Positions 39,944 to 55,022 of a DNA stretch of 64,000 nucleotides are shown piece after piece. The stretch spans positions 647-64,646 of the forward strand of contig DASSMT010000317.1 in assembly GCA_035688655.1 (NCBI GenBank). The letters are read 5' to 3'. Each line of letters opens with the position of its first letter. The first letter of the stretch is position 1. The position numbers and the translations under genes were made by a program. Source of the stretch: Polyangiaceae bacterium (GTDB taxonomy: Bacteria > Myxococcota_A > Polyangia > Polyangiales > Polyangiaceae). The notes beneath the pieces are model-generated. The model was not told where the DNA came from. It saw only the letters and a program-made list of their open reading frames with translations, and ran no database searches.

Positions 39944-42271
39944 TCAGGTCGCGTTGTGATTCGCCACGCTGCGCATGGTGGAGCGGCCGCGCTCACCGGA
40001 CTCCGGCAGCTCGTCCGAACCCAGCACGCGTGTCTCGAGGGCTTGCATTTCGACCAAAGCACCCAAATACGCCAAGGTCGACTCTGCGCCCTCGTTCAGG
40101 TTGACGCGATCGACGTGCAAACCATCACGGCAACCGCCGGAGTCCGGATTGTAGACGCTGGTATCGAGGTCGTTCTGACCCAAGAACCAAGCAAAAGCGC
40201 GGCGCGCCTCGATCACCCAGAAGCGGTCTCCGGTGACTTGATAGGCCTCGCTGCAGGCCGATACGGTGGCGTGCGCTTCGAGCGGTTGCTGATCGAAACG
40301 AGCGCGTGCCTCGCCCCGACGATAGAAGCCGTTCGAGCCGATCGGCCGAAAGTGGCCGCGCTCGGCGCGTTGCGCATCGACCAGCCAGCGCAAGGACTGT
40401 AAGCCGACCTCGAGCGTGCTCGACATTTCGGGGTTCTTGCCCGCGGTCACGATCAGGGCTTGGGCCAGGCGCGCATTGTCGTACGACACCACGTCTTCGA
40501 ACCACTGCCAGTCGGGGGTGTTCACTTGCCGATACAGATCGACCAGGCGCGTGACGAGCTCGGTTTGCACGCGAGCAGCCCGGCGATCGCCGCGCAGCCG
40601 ACGCAGGTATTCCCTGATGCCCAGGATCGCGAACGCCCAGGACCGCGGGGAGCTGGCGTCCGCGATGCCCGGCAGCGCGCGCATGAACAAGTCCGCGGCC
40701 CACGCCCGCAGCTCGCGACGCTGCGTTCGACCGACGCAGGTCCCGAGCGCCCAGAGCGCACGCGCCTGGCTGTCTTCGGAGCCCGTGGTTTCGAGCCACC
40801 GCCGATCGTAGCTCATGAAATTCCTGAATCTTCCGAGCTCCGGGTTGTATGCATAATCGACGAAGCTCGCATAGCGAGTGGCGAGCGCCGCGACCTCCTC
40901 GCCACCGACACCGCGCTTTTCGAGCTGCACGGTGAGCATCAGGGCGCGCGCATTGTCGTCGATGCAATAGCCCTCGGCGTAGTTCGGCAAGGTGAAGCGA
41001 GCGTGTTGCAGCATGCCCGTCGCATCGGACATGCGCTTCAAGTGCTCGAAGCTGAGCTCGGGCAGCTGTAGCTCACGGGAATCCAGGGTTCGGCGCGGAA
41101 CCACTTTCAGTGAACGCTCGCTGCGATTCTTGCGTGCTGCGGCGAAAGCGGACAGGTAGTGCTCGGCAGTCTTGCTCCAGACCATCTCTCGACTGGCTAG
41201 GTACGCGCGCTTGCGCATGGCGTGGCGCCGGCCTTCGTCGTGGAGCAGGCCGCAGATCTCGCGCGCCATCGCGTTCGAGTCGCCGAATGGAACCAGCACT
41301 CCGCGGCCATCCGCGAGCAACTCCTGCGCATGCCAATAAGGCGTCGAGACCACGGCTTTGCCGCAGCCGAACGCGTAGGCCAGCGTTCCAGAGGTAATTT
41401 GAGCCTCGTTCAGGTACGGCGTGATGTAAATGTCGGCGGCGCCCAAGAAGCGCTTCAGCTCTTCCAATTCGACGAACTGGTTGAAGAAACGCACGTGTTC
41501 GGACACCCCCAAGCGCTCCGCCAGCGTTTGCAGGCTCTCACGATACACCTCTCCCTGCTCCCGCACGAGGTTCGGGTGGGTGGCACCGAGCACGATGTAC
41601 ACGACGTCCGGAAACTCCGCCACGATCTCGGGCAATGCCTCGATCACCTTCTCGATGCCCTTGTTGGGCGAGAGCAGGCCGAACGTGAGCAGCACTCGCC
41701 GGCCCTCGACCGCGTACTGATCCTTGAAGAAGTTCGGGTCGGCGAACGACATGTCGGGAATACCATGGGGGATGACGTCGATCTTCCGATCCGGAACCGA
41801 GTACGTCTCCTTCAGGATCGTCCGACCGCAATCGGACATCACGACCAATCGCGAAGACAAGCTGGTCAGCTCTTGCATCACTCGCTTTTGCTCGATCGTC
41901 GGTTGCTTGAGAATCGTGTGCAACGTGGTGACGAAGGGCATGCGCAGACGCCGCAGCATGTTCAGCACGTGGCTGCCGCTCGGCCCGCCATAAATACCGA
42001 ACTCATGCTGCAAAGACACGACGTCGACATTCAACAGATTCAGGTACTCCGCTGCACGCAAATAATCGTCCGCGTTTTGCTCGACGATTTCGAAGCGCAC
42101 TTCGTCCGAGTATTCGTAATTTTCCTTGCCGTCGCTGACCGCGACTACCGCACACTTTCCCTGTGGCAAAGCGCCCTGGACGGCATTTGTCAGATCGTGC
42201 GTGAAGGTCGCGATGCCGCACTTGCGCGGCAGGTAGTTCCCGACGAAGGCGATCTTGCGGAAGTCACTCAT
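39944..42271 (-). CDS. GT4 glycosyltransferase fused to a C-terminal helical glycosidase-like domain
   Basis: PRKCGIATF, QHEFGIYGG, KGIE, SGTLAYA..GKAVVSTPY; C-domain YCIDDNARA, FDQQP, NEGAES. Confidence 0.87.
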   Translation of the reverse strand: MSDFRKIAFVGNYLPRKCGIATFTHDLTNAVQGALPQGKCAVVAVSDGKENYEYSDEVRFEIVEQNADDYLRAAEYLNLLNVDVVSLQHEFGIYGGPSGSHVLNMLRRLRMPFVTTLHTILKQPTIEQKRVMQELTSLSSRLVVMSDCGRTILKETYSVPDRKIDVIPHGIPDMSFADPNFFKDQYAVEGRRVLLTFGLLSPNKGIEKVIEALPEIVAEFPDVVYIVLGATHPNLVREQGEVYRESLQTLAERLGVSEHVRFFNQFVELEELKRFLGAADIYITPYLNEAQITSGTLAYAFGCGKAVVSTPYWHAQELLADGRGVLVPFGDSNAMAREICGLLHDEGRRHAMRKRAYLASREMVWSKTAEHYLSAFAAARKNRSERSLKVVPRRTLDSRELQLPELSFEHLKRMSDATGMLQHARFTLPNYAEGYCIDDNARALMLTVQLEKRGVGGEEVAALATRYASFVDYAYNPELGRFRNFMSYDRRWLETTGSEDSQARALWALGTCVGRTQRRELRAWAADLFMRALPGIADASSPRSWAFAILGIREYLRRLRGDRRAARVQTELVTRLVDLYRQVNTPDWQWFEDVVSYDNARLAQALIVTAGKNPEMSSTLEVGLQSLRWLVDAQRAERGHFRPIGSNGFYRRGEARARFDQQPLEAHATVSACSEAYQVTGDRFWVIEARRAFAWFLGQNDLDTSVYNPDSGGCRDGLHVDRVNLNEGAESTLAYLGALVEMQALETRVLGSDELPESGERGRSTMRSVANHNAT

Positions 42272-42286
42272 GGTGTAATCGGCGAG

Positions 42287-42302
42287 TGCAAAGCTCGTTC
42301 CG
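42287..42302 (-). promoter_or_regulatory. sigma54 promoter of the GT4-GH130 operon
   Basis: CGGAACGAGCTTTGCA (GG-N10-GC). Confidence 0.6.
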
Positions 42303-42492
42303 CCCGCAGTTCCGCGGCAAATGCACGACTATCCGTGTGTTTCTGTGGCGGTTCGTCACTCGCGGTCCGCTCGCGGCGGACCGCTGATGCTTTTTGTCGC
42401 CGAGATTGTCGTACCGAAGATTGCCGCTGAACGTCCTGACTTCGGAATGTTGTTCGAGTTATAATCCACGTGCGCGGGGTGAAACGCTCATC

Positions 42493-42508
42493 TGGCATGG
42501 GGGCTGCA
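42493..42508 (+). promoter_or_regulatory. sigma54 promoter of the DUF1328 gene
   Basis: TGGCATGGGGGCTGCA. Confidence 0.68.
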
Positions 42509-42550
42509 ACGGGTCCTGGGGGTACACGTTTCCCAAACCGGAGGATTGTC

Positions 42551-42715
42551 ATGTTGTATTGGGCAGCCGTTTTTTTCGTCATCGCGCTACTTGCCGCCAT
42601 TTTCGGCTTCGGTGGGCTCGCGGCCGGCGCCGCCGGCATTGCCAAGGTGCTGTTTTTCGTATTCCTCGTGATCGCGCTGGTGTCGTTCCTGTTTGGTCGG
42701 CGTAGCCCAGCTTGA
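42551..42715 (+). CDS. DUF1328 (UPF0391/YtjA-like) small membrane protein
   Basis: [32 protein letters not shown]; RBS GGAGGA. Confidence 0.92.
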   Translation: MLYWAAVFFVIALLAAIFGFGGLAAGAAGIAKVLFFVFLVIALVSFLFGRRSPA

Positions 42716-42806
42716 GGGCCGTTCGAATTCGCTGCTCGCGTCGCGACCCCTGACCACGCACGTGGCCCAGAGTCGCGGCGCGTAGCGCGGCCAGCAGGAG
42801 TGCGCG

Positions 42807-45341
42807 TCAGCGCCCTGAAGCGTGCGCCACGGCCGCGCTGAGCTGCGCCGGCTCGACCGGTTTCGCCACGTGCGCTTGAAAGCCGGCCGCCAAGGCTTTG
42901 GCCACGTCTTGGCGCGAGGCATACGCGGTCACGGCGACCGCGGGCAAGTCTTGGTTCGATTCGCGGACCAGCTTCAGCAGCTGGAAACCGTCGCCATCCG
43001 GCAAGCCAATATCGGAGACGAGCACGTCTGGGCGACGCTCGCGCACGGACTCGAGGGCTGCGGCGGCCGTGGATACCGCAGTCACTTCTGCACCGAATCG
43101 ACGCAGCATCATTTGCATCAGGTCGCAGCCGTCCGGATCATCCTCGACCAACAGCGCATAGATGCCTGCCAGCTTGCCGCGCTCGGCGGTGGTCGCAGGC
43201 TCTGGCTCAGGAGCTGCTGCGGCCAAGATTTCCGCCTCCTCGAGAGCCGCCGTTTCCGACGGTTGAAGGAGCGGTAAAGTGACCACGAAGAGCGCGCCCT
43301 TGCCCAGCCCTTCGCTATGAGCGGTGACGTGCCCCCCGTGCAATTCGACCAAATGCTTGACGATGGCGAGCCCGAGCCCGAGTCCGCGCTGGGCGCGATG
43401 CGTGCCGCTATCGGCTTGCCTGAAGCGATCGAACATCACCGGCAAGAATTCGGGTGCGATGCCGGGCCCGTCGTCTTGAATCGCAAGCCGAGCCGATTGC
43501 CCGTCCACTTCCAGGGATAGCGTGACGTGGCCACCCCGACCGGTGAATTTGAGGGCGTTGCCCAGAATATTGCCCACGACTTGCTGCAGGCGAGTCGCAT
43601 CGCCGATGGTATTGAGTGGTTGGTCTGGGAGCTGTGCCTCGAGCGCCACGCCGCTCGAGGCCGCAACGGGGCGTGCAGCGTCGAGCGCGGCCTCGACGAT
43701 CGCGCGCAAATCGACCTGGCCCTCGTCGACGTGCAAATTACCGGAAACCACCCGCGAGACGTCCAACAGATCGGCGACGAGCTGGGCCAAGGCCCGTCCA
43801 TTGCGCTCGATGGTGTCGACCGCGCGCTGCTCGGTCTCGTGTGAAAGGCCGCCGCCGCGCAGCATCTGGCCCCAACCCACGATCGCGTTCAGCGGCGTGC
43901 GCAGCTCGTGCGACACGGTAGCCAGAAACATGTCTTTGGCTCGATTGGCTTCTTGCAGCTTGGCCCGCTCGTTCTGTGCGAGCTCGTACAGCCCCACGTT
44001 GTCGAGCGCAGTCGCCATGCGACCGGCGACGTCCTTGGCGAGCTCGACGTCCGACTGAAGATAGTGGCGCTCGGGGTCGCGATTCAAGAACACCAGACTG
44101 CCGAAGACGCGTTCTCGAATGACCAGGGGCCAACAGATGTAAGAAGAAATACCCAGCTCGTGCAAAAACCAGATGTGCTCACCGGCGCGGGCTGGGCCGC
44201 TCTCTTCCAAGATCTCGGACACGTTGGCCAAGATCTCTGGCTGCCCGTCGAAGCACACGGTCGATGGTCCGAGATCGAAGCGCGGATCGTCCAAGTTCAC
44301 GACCGAGGATACGCTCGCAGACGCGCGCTTGCTGACCGCCTCGCCGGAGCGCAGATAGAGCACGGCCGAGTCACCCAGCACCGGCAAGGTCGCGGCCAGC
44401 ACTTGATCGAGCCCGTGACTGCGATCGGTGAGCTCTCCCAGACGGCGCGTCAAGCTGGCGAGCATTTGCAGTGCCTGCTCGGCGCGCTTGCGGGCATCGA
44501 TGTCCGTGCAAGTGCCCACCCAAGCGCCGATCCCGCCGCTCGCGTCACGCTCGGGCAGCATACGCACCAGGTGCCAGCGAAAGCGTCGCTCGGCCACGTT
44601 GCCCAAGCGAAACTCTGCCTCCCACGCTCGCCCGGCAGACAGCGCCTCGGCGAAAACGCGCGTGAATTCCCCATATTCGCTGGGATGAACAATGCTCCGC
44701 CAGGACAGCTCTTCACTCTCGGCAAGCCCAGCACACTCGAACCAACGGCCGTTGCCGTACCTGAGCAAGCCCTCTCTGTCCGTGGTCCACACGATTTGTG
44801 GCATGGACTCCGCGAGCATCGTGTAGCGGTACTCGCTGACGCGCCTGAAGTCCGCGAACTCTCGCTCGGTCGCCCGCCTCAACTCCTCAGCCTGGCGGCT
44901 GATGATCTGACCCTTTTGGTAGAGCTCGATGAAAACCGCTACCTTGCTGCGCAAGATCTCGGGATCGATCGGCTTCAAAATATAGTCCACGGCGCCGACC
45001 GTATATGCGCGCGCGACTAGGCGCTGGTCGCGATGAATCGCAGTCAAGAAGATGATCGGCACGGCGCGCGATTTCTCTCGCCCGCGAATCAGCTCTGCCA
45101 CCTCGTAACCGTCGAGAACCGGCATTTGCACGTCGAGCAACACCAACGCAAACTCATCGCGCAACAAATGGCGCAGCGCTTCGCGGCCGGAGCTCGCCTG
45201 AATCACTTCCTGCCCCAGCGGTTCGAGCATCGCGCTCAACGCCAGCAGATTCTTCGGCTGATCGTCGACGAGCAGAATCTTGGCCGGCGGCAGGCCAGCT
45301 GTTCGCGGCAAGTCGTGCTCTGACCCCAGCTCCTCGCTCAT
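42807..45341 (-). CDS. Hybrid histidine kinase REC-PAS-GAF-HisKA-HATPase-REC
   Basis: LLDVQMP; PAS (MPQIVW...GTCTDID); VSHELRTPL; NALKFT, DDGPG, GLGLGL; VSDIGLP. Confidence 0.92.
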   Translation of the reverse strand: MSEELGSEHDLPRTAGLPPAKILLVDDQPKNLLALSAMLEPLGQEVIQASSGREALRHLLRDEFALVLLDVQMPVLDGYEVAELIRGREKSRAVPIIFLTAIHRDQRLVARAYTVGAVDYILKPIDPEILRSKVAVFIELYQKGQIISRQAEELRRATEREFADFRRVSEYRYTMLAESMPQIVWTTDREGLLRYGNGRWFECAGLAESEELSWRSIVHPSEYGEFTRVFAEALSAGRAWEAEFRLGNVAERRFRWHLVRMLPERDASGGIGAWVGTCTDIDARKRAEQALQMLASLTRRLGELTDRSHGLDQVLAATLPVLGDSAVLYLRSGEAVSKRASASVSSVVNLDDPRFDLGPSTVCFDGQPEILANVSEILEESGPARAGEHIWFLHELGISSYICWPLVIRERVFGSLVFLNRDPERHYLQSDVELAKDVAGRMATALDNVGLYELAQNERAKLQEANRAKDMFLATVSHELRTPLNAIVGWGQMLRGGGLSHETEQRAVDTIERNGRALAQLVADLLDVSRVVSGNLHVDEGQVDLRAIVEAALDAARPVAASSGVALEAQLPDQPLNTIGDATRLQQVVGNILGNALKFTGRGGHVTLSLEVDGQSARLAIQDDGPGIAPEFLPVMFDRFRQADSGTHRAQRGLGLGLAIVKHLVELHGGHVTAHSEGLGKGALFVVTLPLLQPSETAALEEAEILAAAAPEPEPATTAERGKLAGIYALLVEDDPDGCDLMQMMLRRFGAEVTAVSTAAAALESVRERRPDVLVSDIGLPDGDGFQLLKLVRESNQDLPAVAVTAYASRQDVAKALAAGFQAHVAKPVEPAQLSAAVAHASGR

Positions 45342-45919
45342 ACGGGCCTCGCTTCGAGGGCACGAGACACCAACTCACCGGCAATCTCGTCGAGATTCAG
45401 CACGCGGTCCGCGAGCAGGTTTTTGACCGCGTGCTTGGGCATGAAAGCGCTCTCGGCCGACTCCGGGTTTTGAATGATCACGTAACCACCGCGCTCCTTG
45501 ATCCGCTTCAGCCCGCGCGTACCATCCTGATTGGCGCCCGTGAGCAGCACACCAATCACCGCGCTACCATGCGAATAGGCTGCAGATTCGAAGAGCACGT
45601 CAATCGATGGCCTGCTGTAAGCGACGGGCTCCTCCGTGGACAGCGCCAGCCAATCGGCCTCGACCAACAAATGGTAGTCCGGCGGACCCAAATAAACGCC
45701 GGGCCCGCGCAGCGGCTCTTTGTCTTCCGCCTCACTCACTGGGATGGCCGAAGCGGCGGCGAGCAACGTGGCGAGACGCTCGTCCGAGTCCCGCGAGCGA
45801 TGCTGGACAATCGCGATTGGTAGCGGAAAGCTGCCGGGCAAGCCCGAAAGTAAGCGCGTGAGCGCGTGCAAACCGCCGGTCGAGGTACCAACGACCACGA
45901 GATCGTAGCGTAAGCTCAC
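45338..45919 (-). CDS. cheB: Stand-alone CheB-type methylesterase (no receiver domain)
   Basis: GTG overlapping the cheR stop; GTSTGG, VQHR, RPSIDVLF, LLTGANQDG. Confidence 0.88.
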   Translation of the reverse strand: MSLRYDLVVVGTSTGGLHALTRLLSGLPGSFPLPIAIVQHRSRDSDERLATLLAAASAIPVSEAEDKEPLRGPGVYLGPPDYHLLVEADWLALSTEEPVAYSRPSIDVLFESAAYSHGSAVIGVLLTGANQDGTRGLKRIKERGGYVIIQNPESAESAFMPKHAVKNLLADRVLNLDEIAGELVSRALEARPV

Positions 45920-46806
45920 TTGTTTCTCCGGTAGATCCGCTCGCGCGCGGAGAGCGCCGTAAAATCGTGCTCGAAGGCCGTGAAGCGCAGCGATTCCTTG
46001 CGCCCCAAGCACAGCACGCCGAGCGTGGCGAGGCTCTCCGAGAACAACGCGAGAGCATGATCTTTGAGCGTGCGATCGAAATAGATCAACACGTTGCGAC
46101 ACACGATCACGTTGAACTCGCTGAAGCCGTGATCCATCGCCAGATTGTGCTGAGTGAACAGCACGTTCTTGGCCAGGCGTGGCGCGAACAGCGCGCCGTC
46201 GTATTTGGCCGTGAAGTAGTCGCTGAGCGAGCGCTTTCCGCCCGCCAAGAAATAGTTGGAGGTGTATTCCTTCATGCGCGAAACGGGGAAGATGCCTTGG
46301 CGCGCGCGATCGAGCACCGTCGAATCCATGTCCGTCGCGTAGATGCGGCAGCGCTCGTATAGCCCCTCCTCTTCGAGCAGAATGGACATCGCGTAGACTT
46401 CTTCGCCCGTCGAGCAGCCAGCGTGCCAAATGCGCACGGTCGGGTACGTTCGGAGCAGCGGCACGACCAAGCTGCGGAACTCCGCAAAGAAAGTCGGATC
46501 CCGGAACATGGCGGTCACGTTCACCGACAGATCGTGCAACAGCCGCTGCAGCGCGCTGGGGTCGTGCAAGATCAGCTCGGTGAGCCTGGAGATCGTGGGC
46601 ACATGCGCGTTTTCCATGTGCCGGCGAATGCGCCGGTACAGCGACGCGGGCGCGTAGGAGCGGAAATCGAAGCCATGATGACGATAGATCGCGAGCAACA
46701 AGAGCTCCATCTCCAAACGCTCCAGCTCCGTGGTCGCGTTCGTGAATCGCCGCAGCGACGCCTCGCTCGCCGGATCGAGCTCGCCTGGGTGGTTCGCAGC
46801 TGCCAT
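45916..46806 (-). CDS. cheR: CheR-type methyltransferase
   Basis: NVTAMFRD, IWHAGCSTGEE, ATD, CRNVLIYF. Confidence 0.92.
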   Translation of the reverse strand: MAAANHPGELDPASEASLRRFTNATTELERLEMELLLLAIYRHHGFDFRSYAPASLYRRIRRHMENAHVPTISRLTELILHDPSALQRLLHDLSVNVTAMFRDPTFFAEFRSLVVPLLRTYPTVRIWHAGCSTGEEVYAMSILLEEEGLYERCRIYATDMDSTVLDRARQGIFPVSRMKEYTSNYFLAGGKRSLSDYFTAKYDGALFAPRLAKNVLFTQHNLAMDHGFSEFNVIVCRNVLIYFDRTLKDHALALFSESLATLGVLCLGRKESLRFTAFEHDFTALSARERIYRRNK

Positions 46807-46818
46807 GCCTGCCTTGCA

Positions 46819-52410
<5,592 letters not shown>

Positions 52411-52435
52411 GGCGGCCTCCGGTGTCGCGCCAGAA

Positions 52436-52451
52436 TGCAAAGCGTGCGCCC
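52436..52451 (-). promoter_or_regulatory. sigma54 promoter of the HK-cheR-cheB-HK operon
   Basis: GGGCGCACGCTTTGCA. Confidence 0.58.
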
Positions 52452-52570
52452 GGAGAAATCTGGGCGAAAACGCCCCAGAAACCGCAGGATGCCAGGTGCG
52501 AGACCCGAGCGGCGCTGTCACACTGAGGCAAACCGCCTCGACAAAGACCGCGCCGCGTCGGGCCTGCTGC

Positions 52571-52825
52571 TCACTTTCGAGGCTTGGCTTTGCGGCTCGC
52601 TGGGCTCGCGCTCGCCGCCTTCGGCCCCCGCTTGGCTTGCTCGGCGGCACGCACCAGCTCCTTGCCTTCCGCACCTTCGACGGCGCGCCGCGCCCGTTCC
52701 GCTCCCGCTTCGAGGTCACCCCGGGCGACCGCCTCGCCGAGGTGTTTGTTGTAACGCCGAGTCGCGCTGTAGCTCCCCTCGCCCTCGAGCGGCTGATTCG
52801 ACTTCTTCGATTCTTCCTTCTTCAT
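52571..52825 (-). CDS. Small hydrophilic charged protein
   Basis: [26 protein letters not shown]...; RBS GAGGA; own sigma54 site. Confidence 0.7.
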   Translation of the reverse strand: MKKEESKKSNQPLEGEGSYSATRRYNKHLGEAVARGDLEAGAERARRAVEGAEGKELVRAAEQAKRGPKAASASPASRKAKPRK

Positions 52826-52871
52826 CGGTTCCTCGCCTGTTCGCCGTTGGACTGCGAACGCACCAATCGAG

Positions 52872-52912
52872 AGCACGATGCATGCCGAGTGGTACTTGGT
52901 ACGCGCCGTGCT
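52872..52912. promoter_or_regulatory. Back-to-back divergent sigma54 promoters
   Basis: - strand CGGCATGCATCGTGCT (52872-87); + strand TGGTACGCGCCGTGCT (52897-912). Confidence 0.62.
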
Positions 52913-52956
52913 TCGGTCCGGTCAGGCTTTCCACTGGAAAAGGGAGAGACGAAACC

Positions 52957-53418
52957 ATGATCGAATCGAAGAACGAGAAAGCACTGAGCAATCTGGAAGC
53001 GCTCTGCCGAGGTGAACTCGCGGCCGTGGAGACTTACAACACGGCGCTCTCTTCAGCCTCGCTCGGCACCTTGCGCCCGCAGTTGATTCAGTGCCAGCGC
53101 TCCCATCAAAACCGCGTCCACTTGCTCGGTTGGCGCATCCATCTGCTGGGCGGGACGCCACCGGAGTCGTCCGGCGCCTGGGGAGTATTCGCCAAAGCCA
53201 TCGAAGGAGCGGCCACGGTGATCGGCGAAAAGGCCGCGATCAGCGCGCTAGAGGAAGGCGAGGATCACGGACTGAACGAGTACCGCACGCGTCTCCCGGA
53301 GCTCGACCCCGACACGCAGGACTTCATTCAAGCCCGCGTGTTGCCCGCGCAAACCGAAACGCACGGCATCGCGCGTGCGCTCAAGCACGGAATGTCGCGT
53401 TCGAGCGCGAAAGCCTGA
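52957..53418 (+). CDS. PA2169/DUF2383-like ferritin-like four-helix bundle protein
   Basis: GELAAVETY...H...LGGTP.SSGAWG...LEEGEDHGL. Confidence 0.8.
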   Translation: MIESKNEKALSNLEALCRGELAAVETYNTALSSASLGTLRPQLIQCQRSHQNRVHLLGWRIHLLGGTPPESSGAWGVFAKAIEGAATVIGEKAAISALEEGEDHGLNEYRTRLPELDPDTQDFIQARVLPAQTETHGIARALKHGMSRSSAKA

Positions 53419-53533
53419 CACTCACTTCGGACCGCCGAGCCAAACCAGCACTGGTTGGCTCGGCGGCGCTCGAGAACTTTCGACCTCGAAGCGCGGACTC
53501 CAGAGCGCCCTCGGCCTCGACTCGGATTCGAGG

Positions 53534-53890
53534 TTATTGCGGCTTGTCTTCGGCGCCGTTCAAGGCGTTCACGAGCAGCCGCTGCGTGAGCCGCGCGCTC
53601 AGCACTCCGAGAGCCGACAACGCCGCGCTGCGCGCCGCCTCGGCGAAGAACGAGCGCGAGTGAGGCCGCTCGAAGCCCGAGAACGTGCGTTTGGGGCGGC
53701 GCCTGGCGAGCAACGTCACGCCGACCAGAGCCACTACACCGAGCCCGATTACGACCGGCGCCTTGTGCAGCGCGGTCTCCGTATTTTCGATCATCTGGTT
53801 CCCCATTTTCTTGATCTCGACGATGTCTCGCAGCAGCTTGCGGCGAGCATCGTCGGCGCGTCGAGTATCCATGGCAGTCGAGTCGGTCAT
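53534..53890 (-). CDS. Hypothetical membrane-anchored protein (holin-like partner)
   Basis: ATGA-coupled to upstream gene; helical N-terminus then TM + RRR. Confidence 0.7.
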   Translation of the reverse strand: MTDSTAMDTRRADDARRKLLRDIVEIKKMGNQMIENTETALHKAPVVIGLGVVALVGVTLLARRRPKRTFSGFERPHSRSFFAEAARSAALSALGVLSARLTQRLLVNALNGAEDKPQ

Positions 53891-54273
53891 TTCACGGTCT
53901 CCAGAACCTGCTTGGCGTCCGAGCTCAGCCGAGCGGTCGTGCGTGGCAACTTACTGCGACGTACGGCATTGAGGCCGAGCATCAGCAACAATCCACCGAG
54001 CACGAACAGGCCGAGCACCACCAGGCCGGAGGCGAGGCTCACACCCAGCACGAGCACGAGCAGAGTGCCGAGCGTGACGAGGGCGGCTTGCAAGAACATG
54101 GCGCCCGCCGCGAGCATGAGCGCTGACCCCAGTACTTGCTTCAGCTCGCCCTTGAGCTCCTCGCGAGCAAGGGAGAACTCCGCTTGCACCAAGGTCTTGG
54201 CCTGGTGCAGTGCGTCTTCGACGAGCTCGCTCAGGTTCGGCGGGGGCGGTTTAGGTGCAGCGGATTCGAGCAT
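53887..54273 (-). CDS. Phage_holin_3_6/YqjE-like membrane protein
   Basis: LVQAEFSLAREEL, two TMs, P.T...L..D motif. Confidence 0.8.
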   Translation of the reverse strand: MLESAAPKPPPPNLSELVEDALHQAKTLVQAEFSLAREELKGELKQVLGSALMLAAGAMFLQAALVTLGTLLVLVLGVSLASGLVVLGLFVLGGLLLMLGLNAVRRSKLPRTTARLSSDAKQVLETVK

Positions 54274-54288
54274 CTCTCGTGGCACACG

Positions 54289-54304
54289 TGCAGCCGGTGT
54301 GCCA
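54289..54304 (-). promoter_or_regulatory. sigma54 promoter
   Basis: TGGCACACCGGCTGCA. Confidence 0.68.
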
Positions 54305-54513
54305 GGCGCGCGCGGAGCGGCTTCTCCGTGCGCTTGCACGGCTCTGTAGCATCGCCCACTGCGATCGGCTGCCCCGAGCATCCGCAGCGTCGTGGCGCGC
54401 CGCCCCACCCCCGAGGCGAGATGTCTCGACACCCCGCTGAACGGCCCTCCGCCCGCGCGGAGCAGGACTGCCGCGCTGAACGCCGGGCGCAAAAAGGGCG
54501 GCTCTGGACCGGT

Positions 54514-54529
54514 TGGCACTGTGCTTGCT
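54514..54529 (+). promoter_or_regulatory. sigma54 promoter
   Basis: TGGCACTGTGCTTGCT, near-perfect consensus. Confidence 0.78.
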
Positions 54530-54643
54530 GAGTCAGCTCGGAGAAGCGCCACCCCACTCGCTCGCTGAACATCGGCCTGGTCCTTCAGCGCCAATTGCCG
54601 CGACCGAGCGCGTGCACACGACTTTCGAGAAAGGAACGAACCA

Positions 54644-55009
54644 ATGCCTGAAGAGAGCACCACCGTGGACATTTTAGCTCTGCACCAGCGCGCCGACGCC
54701 CGCACCCGCTACGAGCGCATCGCCAGCGCGGCCGCTGGCCTGATCTTGAGCGGGGCCGCAGCGCTGACTGGACGAGGCACCAAACCACTGACGCGCGTGC
54801 TGCTGGCTACGACCGGCGGGCTATTGATTGCACGTGGGGTCTCCGGGTTCAGCGTCAAGCAACTCGGTGCAAGCCTGCGAAAGCTGTTCACGCACCGGGC
54901 CGACCTCGAAAAGCGCTTCAACGACGGCGAACACGACATCGTCGATGCAGCCTCATTCGACTCATTTCCGGCCAGCGATCCACCGAGTTACTCGCCCGGC
55001 GTGGGTTGA
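54644..55009 (+). CDS. Small membrane protein (DUF2892-like TM hairpin) with C-terminal SFPASDPP motif
   Basis: RBS AAGGA; ERIASAAAG...GGLLIARGVSG; DIVDAASFDSFPASDPPSY. Confidence 0.7.
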   Translation: MPEESTTVDILALHQRADARTRYERIASAAAGLILSGAAALTGRGTKPLTRVLLATTGGLLIARGVSGFSVKQLGASLRKLFTHRADLEKRFNDGEHDIVDAASFDSFPASDPPSYSPGVG

Positions 55010-55022
55010 GCAAAAGACACTG

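Noticed and set aside
52411-52719. N-terminal 103 aa of the 1966-aa ORF-track kinase
   Set aside because: Overlaps a separate small gene (52571-52825). A TTG with GGAGG at 52410 and a sigma54 site at 52436-51 give a better start.
53887-54273. Holin-family gene as a sign of a prophage
   Set aside because: No phage genes nearby; this family is common in cellular stress clusters.
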